A stretch of DNA of 64,000 bases from the human T2T-CHM13v2.0 reference genome, Homo sapiens. The notes beneath the pieces were generated by a model that saw nothing but the letters and a program-made list of their open reading frames with translations, was not told the DNA's origin and did no database searches. Both the position numbers and the translations under genes were made by a program. The stretch is taken from NCBI RefSeq assembly GCF_009914755.1, contig NC_060925.1; one strand, 5' to 3'. Shown here one piece after another: positions 43,395 to 61,008 of this stretch (its first letter is position 1; each line of letters begins with the position of its first letter).

Positions 43395-43870
43395 ATGATT
43401 CAGGTTCTTGTGTTCGCAAGAGACAGAGTCCTACTGAAGCCAGCTTCAGCCAGAGGGAGTCTTAATATAAGGACACCAGAAACCTGAGGGCAGGATAGCT
43501 GCAGCAGAGCCTGGAACCCTCTCTGTTTCTGTGTCTACATCATTCATTCTCTCTCTTTCTCTCACCCTCTCCACCTCCTACTTCTTCTCCCTCTTCTTCC
43601 AGCTTGGCTTCCTTTGCTTCTCTGTTCCTGGGGACAAAGATGAGTATGGCCATGCACAGAGACACTGACACGGGCAGAGACCAACTAGACGCTCCCATTG
43701 TCAGTTTCAAATTCCTGGGAGAGGGACTCTGATTGGTCCATCTTGGACCAGCTGTTCTCCCTGGCCCAATCAGTTATGGCCTAGAAGGTTGGGATTCTGC
43801 AGCACAAACATGGCAGCTGCCACAATCCACAATTCCAAATTCACATTAGGGCAGTTTCCAGAGCACGTTG
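43395..43870 (-). mobile_element. Degenerate MaLR LTR (MLT1K/L-like)
   Basis: GAGAGGGACTCTGATTGGTCCA...CCTGGCCCAATCAG...AAACATGGCAGC. Confidence 0.55.
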
Positions 43871-44076
43871 CCAGAGTGAGTTCTGCGGATGCTCCCAAAG
43901 GCACCTGGCTAACCGGTTCTTCCCAGCCCCTTTAGCCAGTTACCTTCTCATTGCACAGGAAAGGGTGAGTAGCTATTGACAAGGCTGTCTAAAACACAAA
44001 CCTAGGTCCTGCAGGTAGAGTAGAGGTGTGGGGTGGGAGCCCAGTGATGAAGTGCTGCTTCCCCTTTGGACTGCAG

Positions 44077-44310
44077 GTGAACATGCTGGTGCTGGGGAAG
44101 CACCTGGGCATCCCCAAGCCCTTTGGGCCCATCATCAATGGCTGCTGCTGCCTGGAGGAGAAGGTGCGGTCCCTGCTGGAGCCGCTGGGCCTCCACTGCA
44201 CCTTCATTGATGACTTCACTCCATACCACATGCTGCATGGGGAGGTGCACTGTGGCACCAATGTGTGCAGAAAGCCCTTCTCTTTCAAGTGGTGGAACAT
44301 GGTGCCCTGA
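44077..44310 (+). CDS. PADI3: PADI3 exon 16 coding part: [18 protein letters not shown]...[23 protein letters not shown] (C646 TGT at 44251)
   Basis: CTGCAG acceptor; HCGTNV motif; TGA at 44308-44310. Confidence 0.97.
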   Translation: MNMLVLGKHLGIPKPFGPIINGCCCLEEKVRSLLEPLGLHCTFIDDFTPYHMLHGEVHCGTNVCRKPFSFKWWNMVP

Positions 44311-45442
44311 GACAGCTCCCACCCACCATCCTGTCCCCCTGGGGCGGGCATTGGCCCAGGTGGTGGAGACAGAGACAGGCCCCTGAACGATAAGCACCAA
44401 GAGACCCCAAGGCTCCAGATGGAACACTGAGGGTGACCGTCCCTCTCAGAAGCCTTTTCCCTGGAAGTGTCCATGCCTCACCTGCAACCCATGTGGTTCT
44501 CAGACTTGAATCTTCTCGGCCCCCCAAAAAGAAGGACCTCATTTCTTATAGCCTCTCCTGTGATTCAACACAACCCATGGAGATGTCCCCTTCTCACTCT
44601 GAAATCATCCATTTGGGGACAAATCCACATTGGGGTCTAGAAACATCCACGTATCTCATCAGCCATCTTGTCCTGTGCATCCTAACAGAGGAAGGATCCA
44701 TGATTCTGCTTTGGTCCAATTGCTTCCTCTCTGCAGAGGAACAACCCTAAAACCAGACCACTCCACGCAGGACAGGCAGGAGAGATTCTTCCTAAAGCCT
44801 CCCCCATAAAAAGGGAGCTGTGGATCCACTTAGATCAGGGCGGAACCATCTTTCACCCGGCCAAGCTCCTGCCCAGATGTTGACCCTCACCTAGCGTGAG
44901 CTGTCACATAGTAGGAGCTTCTAGATGCATGTGGAAGCAATGAGAGTTGTCCCTTAGCCTTATAAACTCCCCATGATCTGACATGCAGAAATCCAGCCTT
45001 GTCCAGAATCCTCCTGGAATTTCTTGGAGACGAAAGTATCTGGGGGATTGTTGGGTACTAGGGAGACTGGGTACAAGGGTGAAAAGTAGTTCCCATAATA
45101 CACATGGTTGACTATGGTGATCCACCTTGTGATGGTTAATATTAGGTGTCTGGAGAAGGTTGCTTCATTGGCCCTGGGACTTCTCTCTGCAGGAGGAGAG
45201 AACGCTGCCTCTCCTCTGGATTGGTCTCAGGCTCTCTGTTGGCCTTTGGTCAGCGTTTCCACATCCTGCTCTGCTGCAGGAGAGGGGGCTAAGGGGCTGG
45301 ATCCACCAAGGCAGCTCACAGCGGGAAAACTCTGGGAATGAAGCACTGAATTCAGGGGATGGGGGTGGGGGGGCGGTTCTCGAGGTGTGTGCCAGCTACA
45401 CGTGTGTTCTGTATGGGTCCAGCTGCGTTTCCATCACTCGCT

Positions 45443-45448
45443 AATAAA
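45443..45448 (+). terminator. PADI3: PADI3 polyadenylation signal (3' UTR ~1.15 kb)
   Basis: First AATAAA I found downstream of the stop codon. Confidence 0.8.
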
Positions 45449-46427
45449 TCAACAGAAACACAAATGGCTTGGCTCTCATGTTGACCCTTCTTTGAGCTTA
45501 GAATGAGACAGCAAAGAGAGAGGACTTTCTTGCAGCTGAAGCATTTGCTTTCTTGACCCCCAAGAATTTGGGGCTGACATCCCAAATTTTGATAAGACTG
45601 AGATTGCCTTGTCTTGGCCAGAGGATGGGTTAGGGCTGCCATGGACACCTGTAATGATATGGACACATAAAAGCAAGCCTGGGGGTAAAATGCCAGGCTA
45701 CCAGGACAAGTGAGCATGGCAAGGCTAGGGGCCGGGCTGTGGCTGGAGGTTGCACTGTGGAAGGATGGGCAATGGGGAGCATGTGGAGGCCTTTTGTGTG
45801 TCCTTAGCAGCATCCTCCTTCCGCCTGCAAGAGGCTGCGGGAAGCCTTACTTCAGAGCACTCGGGCACTGTCCCTCTGCCCTCCACCCTCCCAACCCCTT
45901 TATTTTCCCTCAAGGCGCAAAACACAGAAACACACTCAAGCTCAGCCCGGGCTGGGTGGCTAGAGCTGTGTAGGTTTCTCCAGTGCTGCCTCCTTGCCGT
46001 GGCTTACTTAGGTTCTCTGAACACATTCCCGGTGTCCCCTCACATACCCATATTTTGACAAAATAAGCTCCCTCCCTCATTTCTCCCAGTAGGGGAAGCT
46101 GAGACAGATGAAGACGCTGAGAACATCCTATTTTCTGAAAGGGTTTGGGGAGGGAAATGTGACTCTCTAGAAGGCAAGTGCCTAAAATTCGGAGAACAGG
46201 GATGAGTTTCCAACAGGCTTTTCTCACCCCCAAGACTGGCCACAGGGCTCTGGGCAGACCCAGCATAAAGCCCTGGAAACAGATTGCCTCTCAAAGTTGC
46301 TCCCTGTGCTCTAGGTTGGTGTGGGTGGGGCAACTGAGCAGTGAAAAACCCAACCCCAAGGCGGACGAGAAGCAAAACACAGTTGAACACGGCATCCACC
46401 TGTCCACACAGCAAAGGACAGGGTCAG

Positions 46428-47853
<1,426 letters not shown>

Positions 47854-49393
47854 AGCAACCAGGCCCTGACTGCCGTTTCTGGCCTCCAAGAGTGAGACCA
47901 TACCCGGTCCCCTCTGAAATCCACAGAGGCAGCAGCAGAAAGATGCAGTCAATGAACCCTCACTCTGGGACTGGTGTTCAGTTCTGGACCCTCCGCTGGG
48001 CTGAGATCTGGGATCCCATGGATGCAGGCTGGGTGGCTCCAAAAAGCACTGGAAGCTGCCTCCATCAGGCCTGGGGTCAGGGGTCACCTCCGCTGGCCAC
48101 TGCCTTCCCAGACAGCTGCCCATGCCACACTGCCTGGTCCCTTCCGGGGCTGGCTCTCAGGCCTGGAAAGCCCAGGGAGACTAGGATGAGGCTTGGGTTC
48201 TCGTAGGGAAATTTCCCTTCACCCTATTGTGGTTCCCCTAACACAGTGGGCAACCTTGACCAGGCCTGAGGATAAGGGAAGATACCCAACCGACTCACCT
48301 ACTCCCAGCTGGCTGCCTGAAACCCCTCGGAGTTGGACCATCAGATGCTGAACTCGTACTCTCTAGCTGAGCACATAACTTGGGTGAGCCTCAGTTTCCC
48401 CCTCCATAAAATGGGCAAAATAACTGCCGCTTCATAGAGCTTGCATGGGGATGAAGTAGGGTAACTCACAAGTTATACTTAGTGTCAATAGCACAGTGCA
48501 TGGTGCATAGTAAGTGCTCAGTAAATGATGACTGCTGTTACATAACATCCCCCAGCCCTTCCTCAAGCATCTGCTGTGTAGAACACTCCTAATCTCCGCG
48601 CTTTAATAGATGACAAAGACCCTTTGAGACCCAGAGGTGAGATGAGGGAGGTAGGGACAGGACAGCTGTCTTGGCTACTCTCAGATCATACCCTGCTTGT
48701 CTCAGCTGTGTAGGACTGGCCCAGGTGGAGGCTCCTGCCTGGACAAGAAGCTGACAAGAAAGCCTGTCTTTTTTGTGGGGATTTGCAGCTCTGGGTGGCC
48801 CTGACTCATGCTTTATTCAGAATTTGGAATAAGTAGCTGCAGGGCTTCCGCAGGCATTGCCCAACTCTGTGGCCTCCTGCGGCTTCCAGCAGCCCAGGAA
48901 GGAGGGCCCTGGGTGAGGATGGCTGGAAAGGAATTCTGGATGGCTGGACAGAGTCCATGGGACCTATCACTTCCTACAAAGTCACTGTCATCCCAAGTCC
49001 CCTCCAGCATAATGACGGCAAGTGCAAGCATTGTGCCAGCAGGTACTGAATGCTTCCTGAGCACCATCTGATATAGCCCTCACAGCATGCCAGCAGGCAG
49101 CTATTACTATTGTTCTCACTTTATAGACAGGGAAACTGAGGCACAGCCACATGAAAGCGCTTGCCCTGGTCACAGAGCTATTAAGTGGGGGAAACAAATT
49201 TGAGCCTAGACACGTGACCTCTGTAGGGAAGTCACACCAGTGGTTCTCAACCCATCTACACATTAGAATCACCTGGAAGGCTCTCATGAAAACCTAGCAG
49301 GGCCAGGCCCCCACCATCAGAGATTCTGTCTGGACATTGGGATGTTACACAAAGCAACTCGGTGACTCAGGTGTGTAGCCAGGACACAGCAAC

Positions 49394-50019
<626 letters not shown>

Positions 50020-50275
50020 TCAGAAGGTGGCAGCTAGTTCAGCCGAAGAGAAGCCACCACATTCAATTCACTCTTTGTGGGGAAACCGGAAGGGACGGGC
50101 TTACTGGACAGGACGTGGGGAACAGGGAAAAGGCAGGGACAAGAGTCCCTCCCAGAGTTTGAGATTTATTTACTCATTGATTTATTATGAAGTAAATCAT
50201 TAATACAAGACAAGTTTTTTATAATGTTTCTGAATGACTAAAAGAATAATTATGGAATGAAAACCTGTATACTCT

Positions 50276-50637
<362 letters not shown>

Positions 50638-50924
50638 CTATGGGGGACACTTCCCACTCCCCCCATACCCAGGATTCGCGCTCATCTGAAATTTGCGTTT
50701 ATCATTCCTTCGCTCCTCTTTATAATTTCCCCATGTGAGTATCCCTGAACTGCATACTGTTTAGTTTTGCCTGTTAGAAATTTTTTCACAGGGCCATGTT
50801 AATGGTGGTGTTCTGTGACTCTCTTCTTTCATTCAGCACCGTATTGGTGAGTTTCATTCACGTTGTATGTCACCATAATTCATTCCTTCTTATTGCTACA
50901 AAGCATTCCATTTTATGAATGGAA

Positions 50925-51226
<302 letters not shown>

Positions 51227-51292
51227 TGAATGGAATTTATTATATACAATTTATTCATACTCTTTTGTCAACAGACACTTGGGTCGTTTCCA

Positions 51293-51324
<32 letters not shown>

Positions 51325-51479
51325 AACAGTCAATGCTGCTGTCAACATTCTTAGGGATGTTCCTGGTGTGCACATTCACAAGTCTCTCTAGAATATATAT
51401 CTAGATGCTTTCTGGCTTCATGAACAAGGAGAATGGTGGTGCCATGGAGAAAAAAGGCAAAGGATCAGTCTGGAGGAAA

Positions 51480-51950
51480 CACTCAGGTAGGCTAGCTGCT
51501 CTAACAAATAGACTAAAACATGTATAATGGCTCAGCCACAGTATATGTTTATTTCTTGCTCGTATTGACACTTTAAGGTTGGTCAGGTCTGAATGGTAAG
51601 TATGCATGTGTGTCAGGGTGGGGTGGGGGATCTCTGCTCCGCACAGGCACTCAGGGACCCAGGCTAATAGAGGCTCTGCTGTTTTCCAAATGTGACTTCC
51701 CAGATCACCCTGGATGTTGACTTCAAGCCAGCAGAAAGGAGAAGAGAGAAGACGGAGAAAGCAAACCTGCTTCTTAATCACCTCGGGCCAGAAGAGACAC
51801 AGGTGCCTTCCACTTACAGTCCATCAGCAAGAACAACTCAGTGGCCGTATCTGGATGCAAGGGGCTCTGGGTAACGTGGTCCTCGGCTGGGCAGCCGCCT
51901 CCCAGAGTCAAATCCATGCCGTAGAAGAGGAAGAAGGAGTTCTTTGCTGA
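51480..51950 (-). mobile_element. MLT1J-like LTR
   Basis: GCTGCTCTAACAAAT...GTTTATTTCTTGCTC...CACTCAGGGACCCAGGCT. Confidence 0.65.
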
Positions 51951-52962
51951 CTCAGAAGAGAAAAAGAATGGGCCAGGGAAAAAAAAATCTCTCCCCAAGG
52001 GAGGCATCCCAGGTCTGAGCCTTCAGTTTGTAGCTCCAGTTTGATTGCTGCTCACTTTGTGGTATCTTATCCTTAGGGATTGAGAGTCAGCCTTCCTCTC
52101 CTAGCTGTGGCCATACTGAGCTGGGCTTAGCCCCTGTAGGTTCCTCTCTGCCTGCCCTCTCATCCCACTCCCAGCGCATTCATCCTGCAGTCCTGTGTCT
52201 CAACCGCTTATCAACAGCCACAGCGAGTAGTTTCCTGGAGAGACATGAATGAGTCAGTATAAGCAGAAAAAAAGGGCCCATCAAGGGTGACTGATGAAGC
52301 TGTTTGGAGAAATGTCTCTTTCCATATTTCCCGCTTCCCTGTCAGTGGTGATGAAGCAATGGAGATGCCAATGTGGAAGCAGGGTGAGGCTGATTGCCAG
52401 CCTGTACCTGCCCAATGCCCACAAATAAGAGCTTCGCAGATGGGAGGTGGAACCAGGAGCCAACTCTCGAGTACACTCCTATTAATTCATTAGATGTTTA
52501 TTGAGCACGTACTGTTTCCCCAGACAGTAAGTGGCAATGGCTGCAGCATAGTTGAAAGCATGGATTCTGAGGCCAGACTACCAGGGTGTGCTTCTTGGCT
52601 TTGCCACTTGTCAGCTGTGTGACGTTAGGGAGGTTACTTAACCTCTCTGAACTTTGCTTTCCTTGTCGGTAAGATGGGGCTAGTAATGGTACCTATCTCA
52701 GGGAGCCACTGTGAACAGCGTTAAGAGGTGGTCCAGGGAGGAGCTCAGCCTCATGTCTGGCAGTCAACAAACAGCAGGTATCTGTCAGGGAAGGACATAA
52801 CTTGAAGCAGCTTGCCCAGGTAAACGAAAAAGACAGGTGTGCTTGGCTCTGAAGGCTCGGTTTTTCTGCACTGCCACCCAAGGAGTCTCTTACCCACTTT
52901 TTCCTGGTAAGAAATATGTTTTTAGAAAGTTACAACTGGACACTTAGAAAGTCTGGCTGTAG

Positions 52963-53363
<401 letters not shown>

Positions 53364-54095
53364 TCAAAGCAGTGGGCAAGTTTTTTCGAGGCTTCGGGCA
53401 AGAAAAGGGCTGGGATCCCTCTTCCCCCAAGTGCTTCCCCCCAGTTCTGGGCCCCACGCCTGGGTCTCCTGGTTCACAGCATTTTATTGTTATGTTGGTG
53501 GTGAGGATTTGAGATGGTTCCTGATAGGATGTCAGGGGGCAAGGGTCTCCTTCCGAGTTCCTGGAAAGGAATGCACACTCAGAAACCCAGGCTGAACGTT
53601 GCCGGCGTGGGTGCTCGGTGGATGTGTCTGTCCTGGACCAGCAGATGGAAACTAACTACCGCTCAGCTGGCTCTCTGAAGCAATGCTGTCTTTCAAGAGC
53701 TGGAAGCCAGCACCAAAGCTAGCTCCATAGTTTCTTTTTTGAACTCTTCTTGGGTCTTTAAATAAGTCTTGGCATTCTGAGAAACTGCATCTCAATGCCA
53801 ATTATCTTAACTCAAAACATCTCAATCACAGAAATTATAGCTGCCTTGGGCAGTTTCCAGTGCTCCAGCAAGCAGGGACCTGAGCAGGGCTGGGCAGGGC
53901 ATCATTCAGAAGTGTTTATGTGACTAACGCTCCCCAGGAGTCTACTGGACAGCTCAATCAGCACATTTACTTACTGGTGTTTTTTTTTTTTTTTAATTCC
54001 TTTGCCAAATTCCTCTAGGGATTTGAGGCAACATATATTAAGAGTACATTCAACAAACTGATGATTTAAAAAAATTTTTTACATTAAGACACCAA

Positions 54096-54340
54096 GGCCA
54101 GACACGGTGGCTCATGCCTGTAAGCCCAGCACCTTGGGAGGCTAAGGCAGGTGGATCAGTTAAGGTCAGGAGTTTGAGACGGGCCTGGCAAACATGGTGA
54201 AACCCCATTCTACTAAAAATACAAAAATTAGCCGGGTGTGGTGGCGGGCGCCTGTAATCCCAGCTATTCAGGAGGCTGAGGCAGGAGAATCGCTTAAACC
54301 CAGGATAGGTTATCTTGAAATAATAATAATAATAATAATA
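54096..54340 (+). mobile_element. AluS lacking the 3' half of the right arm, (TAA)n tail
   Basis: Alu homology stops at ...TTAAACCCAGGA (~54305). Confidence 0.85.
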
Positions 54341-55356
54341 CACCAAAACAGAAAAAAAAATCCAGAAAATAAAACCCATGGAAAAGGACAAACAAATATA
54401 TGACCATGAGAACCAAACTATCATTAGGATTGGAGCTTCCCAGTAGCCCTTGCAAGAAGGGAACCAGAGTCAACCACCTAATTCTCATTATCAGAAGGAA
54501 GGCAGCATGCCAAAATGATTCCCGTCATACATGGACCTTTATAAAGGGACGTGGAGTGGTCAGTGTGCTCAACCACCTTGCAAGAGCAAATTCTACATTT
54601 GCTCTTAGCCAAAAGGCCAAGAAGCAGTTGCAAGACCAAATTTAATGGGAGATTTCCTATGGTTGAGCCTCCATTTGCTCATCTGTAAAATGGGAATAAT
54701 GCTTACCTTCACGGGTTGTTTGAGGACTACAGCAGTACCTGGCAGACAGCAAGAACCTAACAAGTGTTTATTTCTTCATTTTCTATCCCCAGCAAGCTTA
54801 GGGCCTTCTTCATCCTCTCCAGGGTAGCTACTTAATCCTCACACCTATTTTACATGGGCACAATTTTCCCTACTATGTGTCCAGCTCAGCAGCAGATTCT
54901 GGGGATACAGCAGTGGGTGAGCAGATATGGAATCTGCCTTTAGGAAGCTCATAGGTTAGTAGAGAAGCAGGGCAAACGGAGAGTAGCAACAATGTATGGT
55001 AAGTACAATTGTAAAGCCATAATAATAACTGTAAGAGCTTCTGTTTTGTAGCACGTAACCTGAGTTTGCTAGCTGTGCTTGACAAGAACAGAATGAGAAA
55101 GAAAACCTACGAACATAACAATAAACCCATAAATGCAAAAATTCTAAACAAAACTATTAGCAAACTCAATTCAAAAATGATACAATATCAGATTATACAA
55201 TATCAGATCAGAATAAATTGATCCCAGGAATGCATGTTTCATCTTAGAAAATCAATTCAACAGGTTAATAGATCAAAGAAAAAATTTACATGATCATCTC
55301 AATAAATCAGAAAAAAGTTAATAAAATCATCATTTATGATTTTTAAGCAAAACTTA

Positions 55357-55708
<352 letters not shown>

Positions 55709-56772
55709 TCAAAGTGTGGTCCCCAGACCAGCATTAGCATTATCAGCATTACCAGGGAGCGTGTCCAAAATGGAAGTCCTCAGGCCCACCCACACCTTCT
55801 GAATCAGAAACTCTGGAGGCTGGGGGAGCAGCAGTCTGTGTTTCAATAAGCCCTTCAGGTAATTCTAGTGCCACTGAAGTTTGAGAACTACTGATCTATA
55901 AGAAACTCACATCAAAAATTATTCTTAATGATAAAGTATTGAAACCATTCCTTCTAGGATCAGAATAAGAATACCCATTATCATAACTGTTAATCAGCAT
56001 TGAACAGAAGGTTCTTGCCATTGAGGTATAAGATTAGAAAGGAATTATTATATATACAGAAAATCCAAAAGAATCTACAAAGTAAAAGAATTCATAAGAG
56101 GGTTTAGCGAGGCTGTCACTATAAAACCAATATACAAAAATCAATTGTATTTTTTTTTCTTGTGGGACAGGGTCTTGCTCTGTCACCTAGGCTGGAATGT
56201 AATGGCTCAGTCACAATGTACTGTAGCCTCGACCTCCTGGGCTCGAGTGATTCCCCCACCTAAGTCTCCCAAGTAGCTGGGACTACAGGTGTGTGCCACC
56301 ATGCCTGGCTATTTTTTTTTTTTTTTTTTTTTTTTGTAGAGACAGGATATCGCATGTTGCCCCAGCTGATTGCAAACTCCTGGCCTCAAGCAATCCTCCC
56401 GCCTTGGTCTCCCAGAGTGCTGGGATTACAGGTATGAGTCACCACACCTGGCCCAACTACATTTCTATATACTAAAAAGAAATAGAAAATGGCAAATTTG
56501 AAATGTGCCATTTATAAGAGCATCAAAAAGTAAAAAACAAAGCATATCTAACAAAAGATGTGCAAAAACCTTATGGAGCATACTATACAACTGTATTGAA
56601 AAAACATTAGAGGAGATCTAATTAATGGAGAGATACGCCATATTCATAGATTGAAAGGCTCAATATTAAAAAGATTTCAGTTCTCTGCAAGACCTATGAA
56701 TCAGTGTAAATCCAGTCAGAATCTCCACAGGGTGCGTGTATGTGTGTGTGCACATGTGAGAGCATGCACTTG

Positions 56773-56967
56773 AGAGGGGAGGGGAGGGGAGGGAAATGTG
56801 GGAGGGGAGGGGAGGGAAATGAGGGAGGGGAGGGGAGGGAAATGAGGGAGGGGAGGGGAATGGGGAGGGGAGGGGAGGGGAATGGGGAGGGGAATGGGGG
56901 AGGGGAGGGGAGGGGGAGGGGAGGGAGGGGAATGGGGAAGGGGAGGGAAGGGAAGGGAAGGGAAGGA
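56773..56967. repeat. (GGGGA/GGGAA)n purine-rich low-complexity tract
   Basis: ~195 bp almost purely G/A, with many G3-G5 runs. Confidence 0.95.
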
Positions 56968-57911
56968 CATTTATAAGGTGATTCTAAAATTTATATAGAA
57001 GTGCAAAGAGCCAAGAATAGCTAAGTCACCCTTGAAGATGAAAGATAAGAGAACTTGCTCTACCAGATATCAAGACTTATTATAAAGCCACAGTAATTAA
57101 GACAATATAGAACTTATGCAGAGACAAATAGACCAACTACACAAAACAGAAGGCAAGACATTTTATTATTGAATGATAGAAGTTATTTATTAATCCTATA
57201 TACTGATCATTCGTCGTTTGCATGTGTTACAAACATATTTTCTCCCAGTTTGTGGTTTATATTTCTACTCTGTTAACCACAGTTATTTCTACTCTTTTAA
57301 AAACCAGAAGCTCTTACTTTTAATATATTAATTATATTACATATACTTAATATATTAAAATAGTTACATTTATCATTCTTTCCTTTTTATCATTTTGTTC
57401 TTTGTGAACCAGTATCTAAGATGTACAAATAACTCCTACCATTCAATAAACATAAGAAAAAGAAGTAGATAAACAATCCAACAGAAAAGGTATTCAACCT
57501 AATTAGTTATCGGGGAAATTCAAATTAAAACCTCAGTGGTATACTATTACATGCTCACCACTTAGGAAAAAAATAAATATACAAAATAGAACTGGGAGCA
57601 AGGATGTGGAAGAGCTAGACCCCTCACAATTGCTGATGGGAAGGAAATTGGCATTAGCCCTGAAAAACAGTTTGTGCTATTCAGTGAAGTTGAAAATGCC
57701 TATACCCAATGCTAGAAATTCGACTCCTAGGTAATACCTAGAGAAACCCTTGCAGTTCTGCCCCAGGAGACATGAATATCCATAGCAACATTGGTCATGT
57801 TATCCAAAAACTAGAAACAGTGCCCATCACCAGTAGAACAAATAACTAAATTGTTGTCTATTCATACAATGGAATATTAGAGAGTGATGAACAATTTATG
57901 ACTCACACATC

Positions 57912-58409
57912 TGTGGCTGACCGCCACTGCTACTGCTTGAGACCATCACTACAGCAGCTACTACTGTTACTGCTTGAGACCGTCATTACGAGACTGAACG
58001 AAGGGATGAACGTAGAAATGAAAACCTAAGACAAAAGAAACTATTATAAAGGAAGGGGAACCAGGGAAGAAGAAGAGAGCTCCCTGCTTCTCGTGAGCAA
58101 AGGCAATCCCCGAGCTTCCACAGCCCTTCTCATTTATTGGGTAGAAAGAGCAGGGAGGAGGAGGCAACGACTGGTCAGCTGCTTAATTGATCACAGGTTC
58201 ACATCATTACTAGCAGGCTTCAATTACACCTAATCACAGGAAACACTTGTGCCTGGGTTGTGACTGCCCTTGGCGGTCCTTCTGGGTGACAGACGCAGTT
58301 TGTCAGTTTGCCAGCATCCTGCTTTCATGAGCACAGCTTGCTGTTTACTCACACAGCCTCCAGTGGTATACTGAGTTGATCACGACCCTCACTCCTTTGG
58401 CCTCCAACA
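57912..58409 (-). mobile_element. Solo ERV LTR (~498 bp), probably ERVK class (family tentative, MER9B-like)
   Basis: TG...CA termini; 6-bp TSD CACATC/TACATC; AATAAA on the minus strand at 58133-58138; interrupts an L1 fragment. Confidence 0.75.
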
Positions 58410-58975
58410 TACATCAACATGGATAAATTTCACAAACACAATGGTGAGCGAAAGAAGCAAGTCACAAAGGAATAAAGTGTGCTTTCGTTCACATAAAGAC
58501 AAAAACAGGCAAAACTAAACAGTAACCACTGCACTTGACCCTTAATCTCAGCGCTTTGGGAGGCCAACGTGGGAGGATCACTTGAAGCCGGGAGTTTGAG
58601 GCCAGAGTGGGCAACATAGTGGGACCCTGTCTCTACAAAGAATAAAATAAAATAAATTAGCGATCATGATGGTGTGTGCCTGTACTCCCAGCTACTCAGG
58701 AGGCTGAGTTGGGAGGATGAGTCCAGGAGTGCAAGGCTGGAGTGAGCTGTGATTGCACTACTACTGCCCTCCAGCCTGGGCGACAGAGCAAGACCCTGTC
58801 TCTAAAACAACAACAACAACAATAAAGTACAAACCATAAATGCAAGGGAATGATGATCGCAAAAGTTCGCGTAACTGTTAGTCCTGGGGGCGGGGGGATG
58901 TAGTCAGGGAGATGTCCCCAAAGGTGGCTCACGCCTGTAATCCCAGCACTTTGGGAGGCCCAGGCGGGCGGATCA

Positions 58976-59224
<249 letters not shown>

Positions 59225-59873
59225 CTAAAGACTTTCTATTTCTTAACCTGGGTGGTGTTTACACGGTATTTAGTATTATCCCATATATGCACGTATGTTT
59301 ACACACTCCTCCAGATGTGTATTTTGCAATTTTAAAAGATGCACACTTTTAAAAGATACAAAGGCAATCATGAATGCATATGTATGTGAATTAATCCAGT
59401 TACTCCACACTGTTCACACTGACAGGACAAAGAGGAGGTCTGGCCTCCAGTGGGCAGATTGCAGAGGACTGAGCAACCCACGGTGGGGGCGCTGCGGGTG
59501 GGTTGGCAGGGGGCCAGCTGCTGGAAGCTTGGGGAAGAGCAGGTTGTTGCACAGTGGGGACCACACCAGGATGCCATCACTGAGCCGCCTCTCTCTGGAA
59601 AAGTCCCTGGGCACATGTGGGTGGGTGGCAGCTGTGTCAATGAAGTCTTGCCCATTTCCCAGGGAGCACAGGTGCATGGGCGTGGGGGAAAGAGGAAGGA
59701 CCAGTCACCAGAGGAAGATTCAAGCCAAGAATCTTAAACTTGGGTCCCCAGGTGGGGTCCAGGGGTCCATAAATCCATCCAACTGTACACAGAAAATTCC
59801 ATGTGCATGTTTCAGGCGATTGTGTTCCCAGCTGTCTTCTGCTTCTTGAAGGAGTGTTAAGCCTCCCCTAGCC

Positions 59874-60325
59874 TGTAGAAGATGCCATGTGTGCCCACCC
59901 ACTCCTCCTACAATCCCTCCTTCAGCTCAAAGAGACCCGGCCTCCAAGTGCCGGCACCTGTACTGTTTGCCTGAGGCCTTCTCTGACCACCAGAGCCTGC
60001 TGACCAAATGGCCAGGGAACTAATACCACCCAGAGCAGCCCTCAGCAAATGACAAAAGGAAGTGGGAGTATAAATGCCCCAGTTCCCTTGCTCCTTGGGC
60101 TAACTCTGAGGCATGGGCTTCACACTACTTTCTAGCACTCCTCAGGGGGGTGATCTTCAGTTACTCACAGGTGGTAACTAGGTCATTAACAGACCCTTTA
60201 CTCGCTTCTTTCCTTCCCTGACTCACTTTCCCACTGTCTACCAGTGTATCCTGCACCTCCCAAATAAACCTCTTGCACACAAATCCTTGTCTCAGAGTTG
60301 CCTTCTGGGGTTGCCCAAACTAAGA
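59874..60325 (+). mobile_element. LTR16-like (ERVL) solo LTR
   Basis: 3' end CTCCCAAATAAAC..CTTGCAC..AAATCCTTGTCTCAG..TTCTGGGG..CCCAAACTAAGA. Confidence 0.7.
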
Positions 60326-60554
60326 AATTCCCAGAAGATGAAGAACGCTAACCGAAGTCAGAAGAGGAAGTCCCTGCCTTCGTTCTGCATCCACTTGCCT
60401 GTAGCTTTAGGAAAGTTACAGCTTCTACCCAAGCCTCATTTTCCCCACATGCAAGAAAAGAAAAGCTAAGGGCATCTTGATTGCTTCCTTTAAATGTTCA
60501 AAAGACTAAATGACCCCATAGGATTAGGAACCCTGCCTTAAACTATGTGTTTGG

Positions 60555-60965
60555 TGCTGGTTAATTTTTTTGTGTCAACTTGGCCAGGCCACCAGTTCCC
60601 AGATATTTGGTCAAACACCCGTCTGGATGTTGCTGTGAAGGTGTGTTTTAGTTGAGATTTACATTTAAATCAATAGACTTCTAGTAAAGCAGATGACTTC
60701 CGTATTGTGGTGGGCCTCATCCAACTGGCTGAAAAGCCTCCAGAGAAAAAAGACTGACACCCCCGCAAGGAAGAGGGAGTTGGAGTTCTACGCCTGTTGT
60801 CTTGAGCTGCAGTATCAGCTCTTCCCTGGTCTCCAGCCTGCTGGCCTACTTAACAGATTTTGGATTTGCCAGCCTCCACAATCATGTGAGCTGAGCCAAT
60901 TCCTTGAATTCTGTCTCTCCCTCACTCCATATATATGAACATATATAGATGTAGATATCTATCTG

Positions 60966-61008
<43 letters not shown>

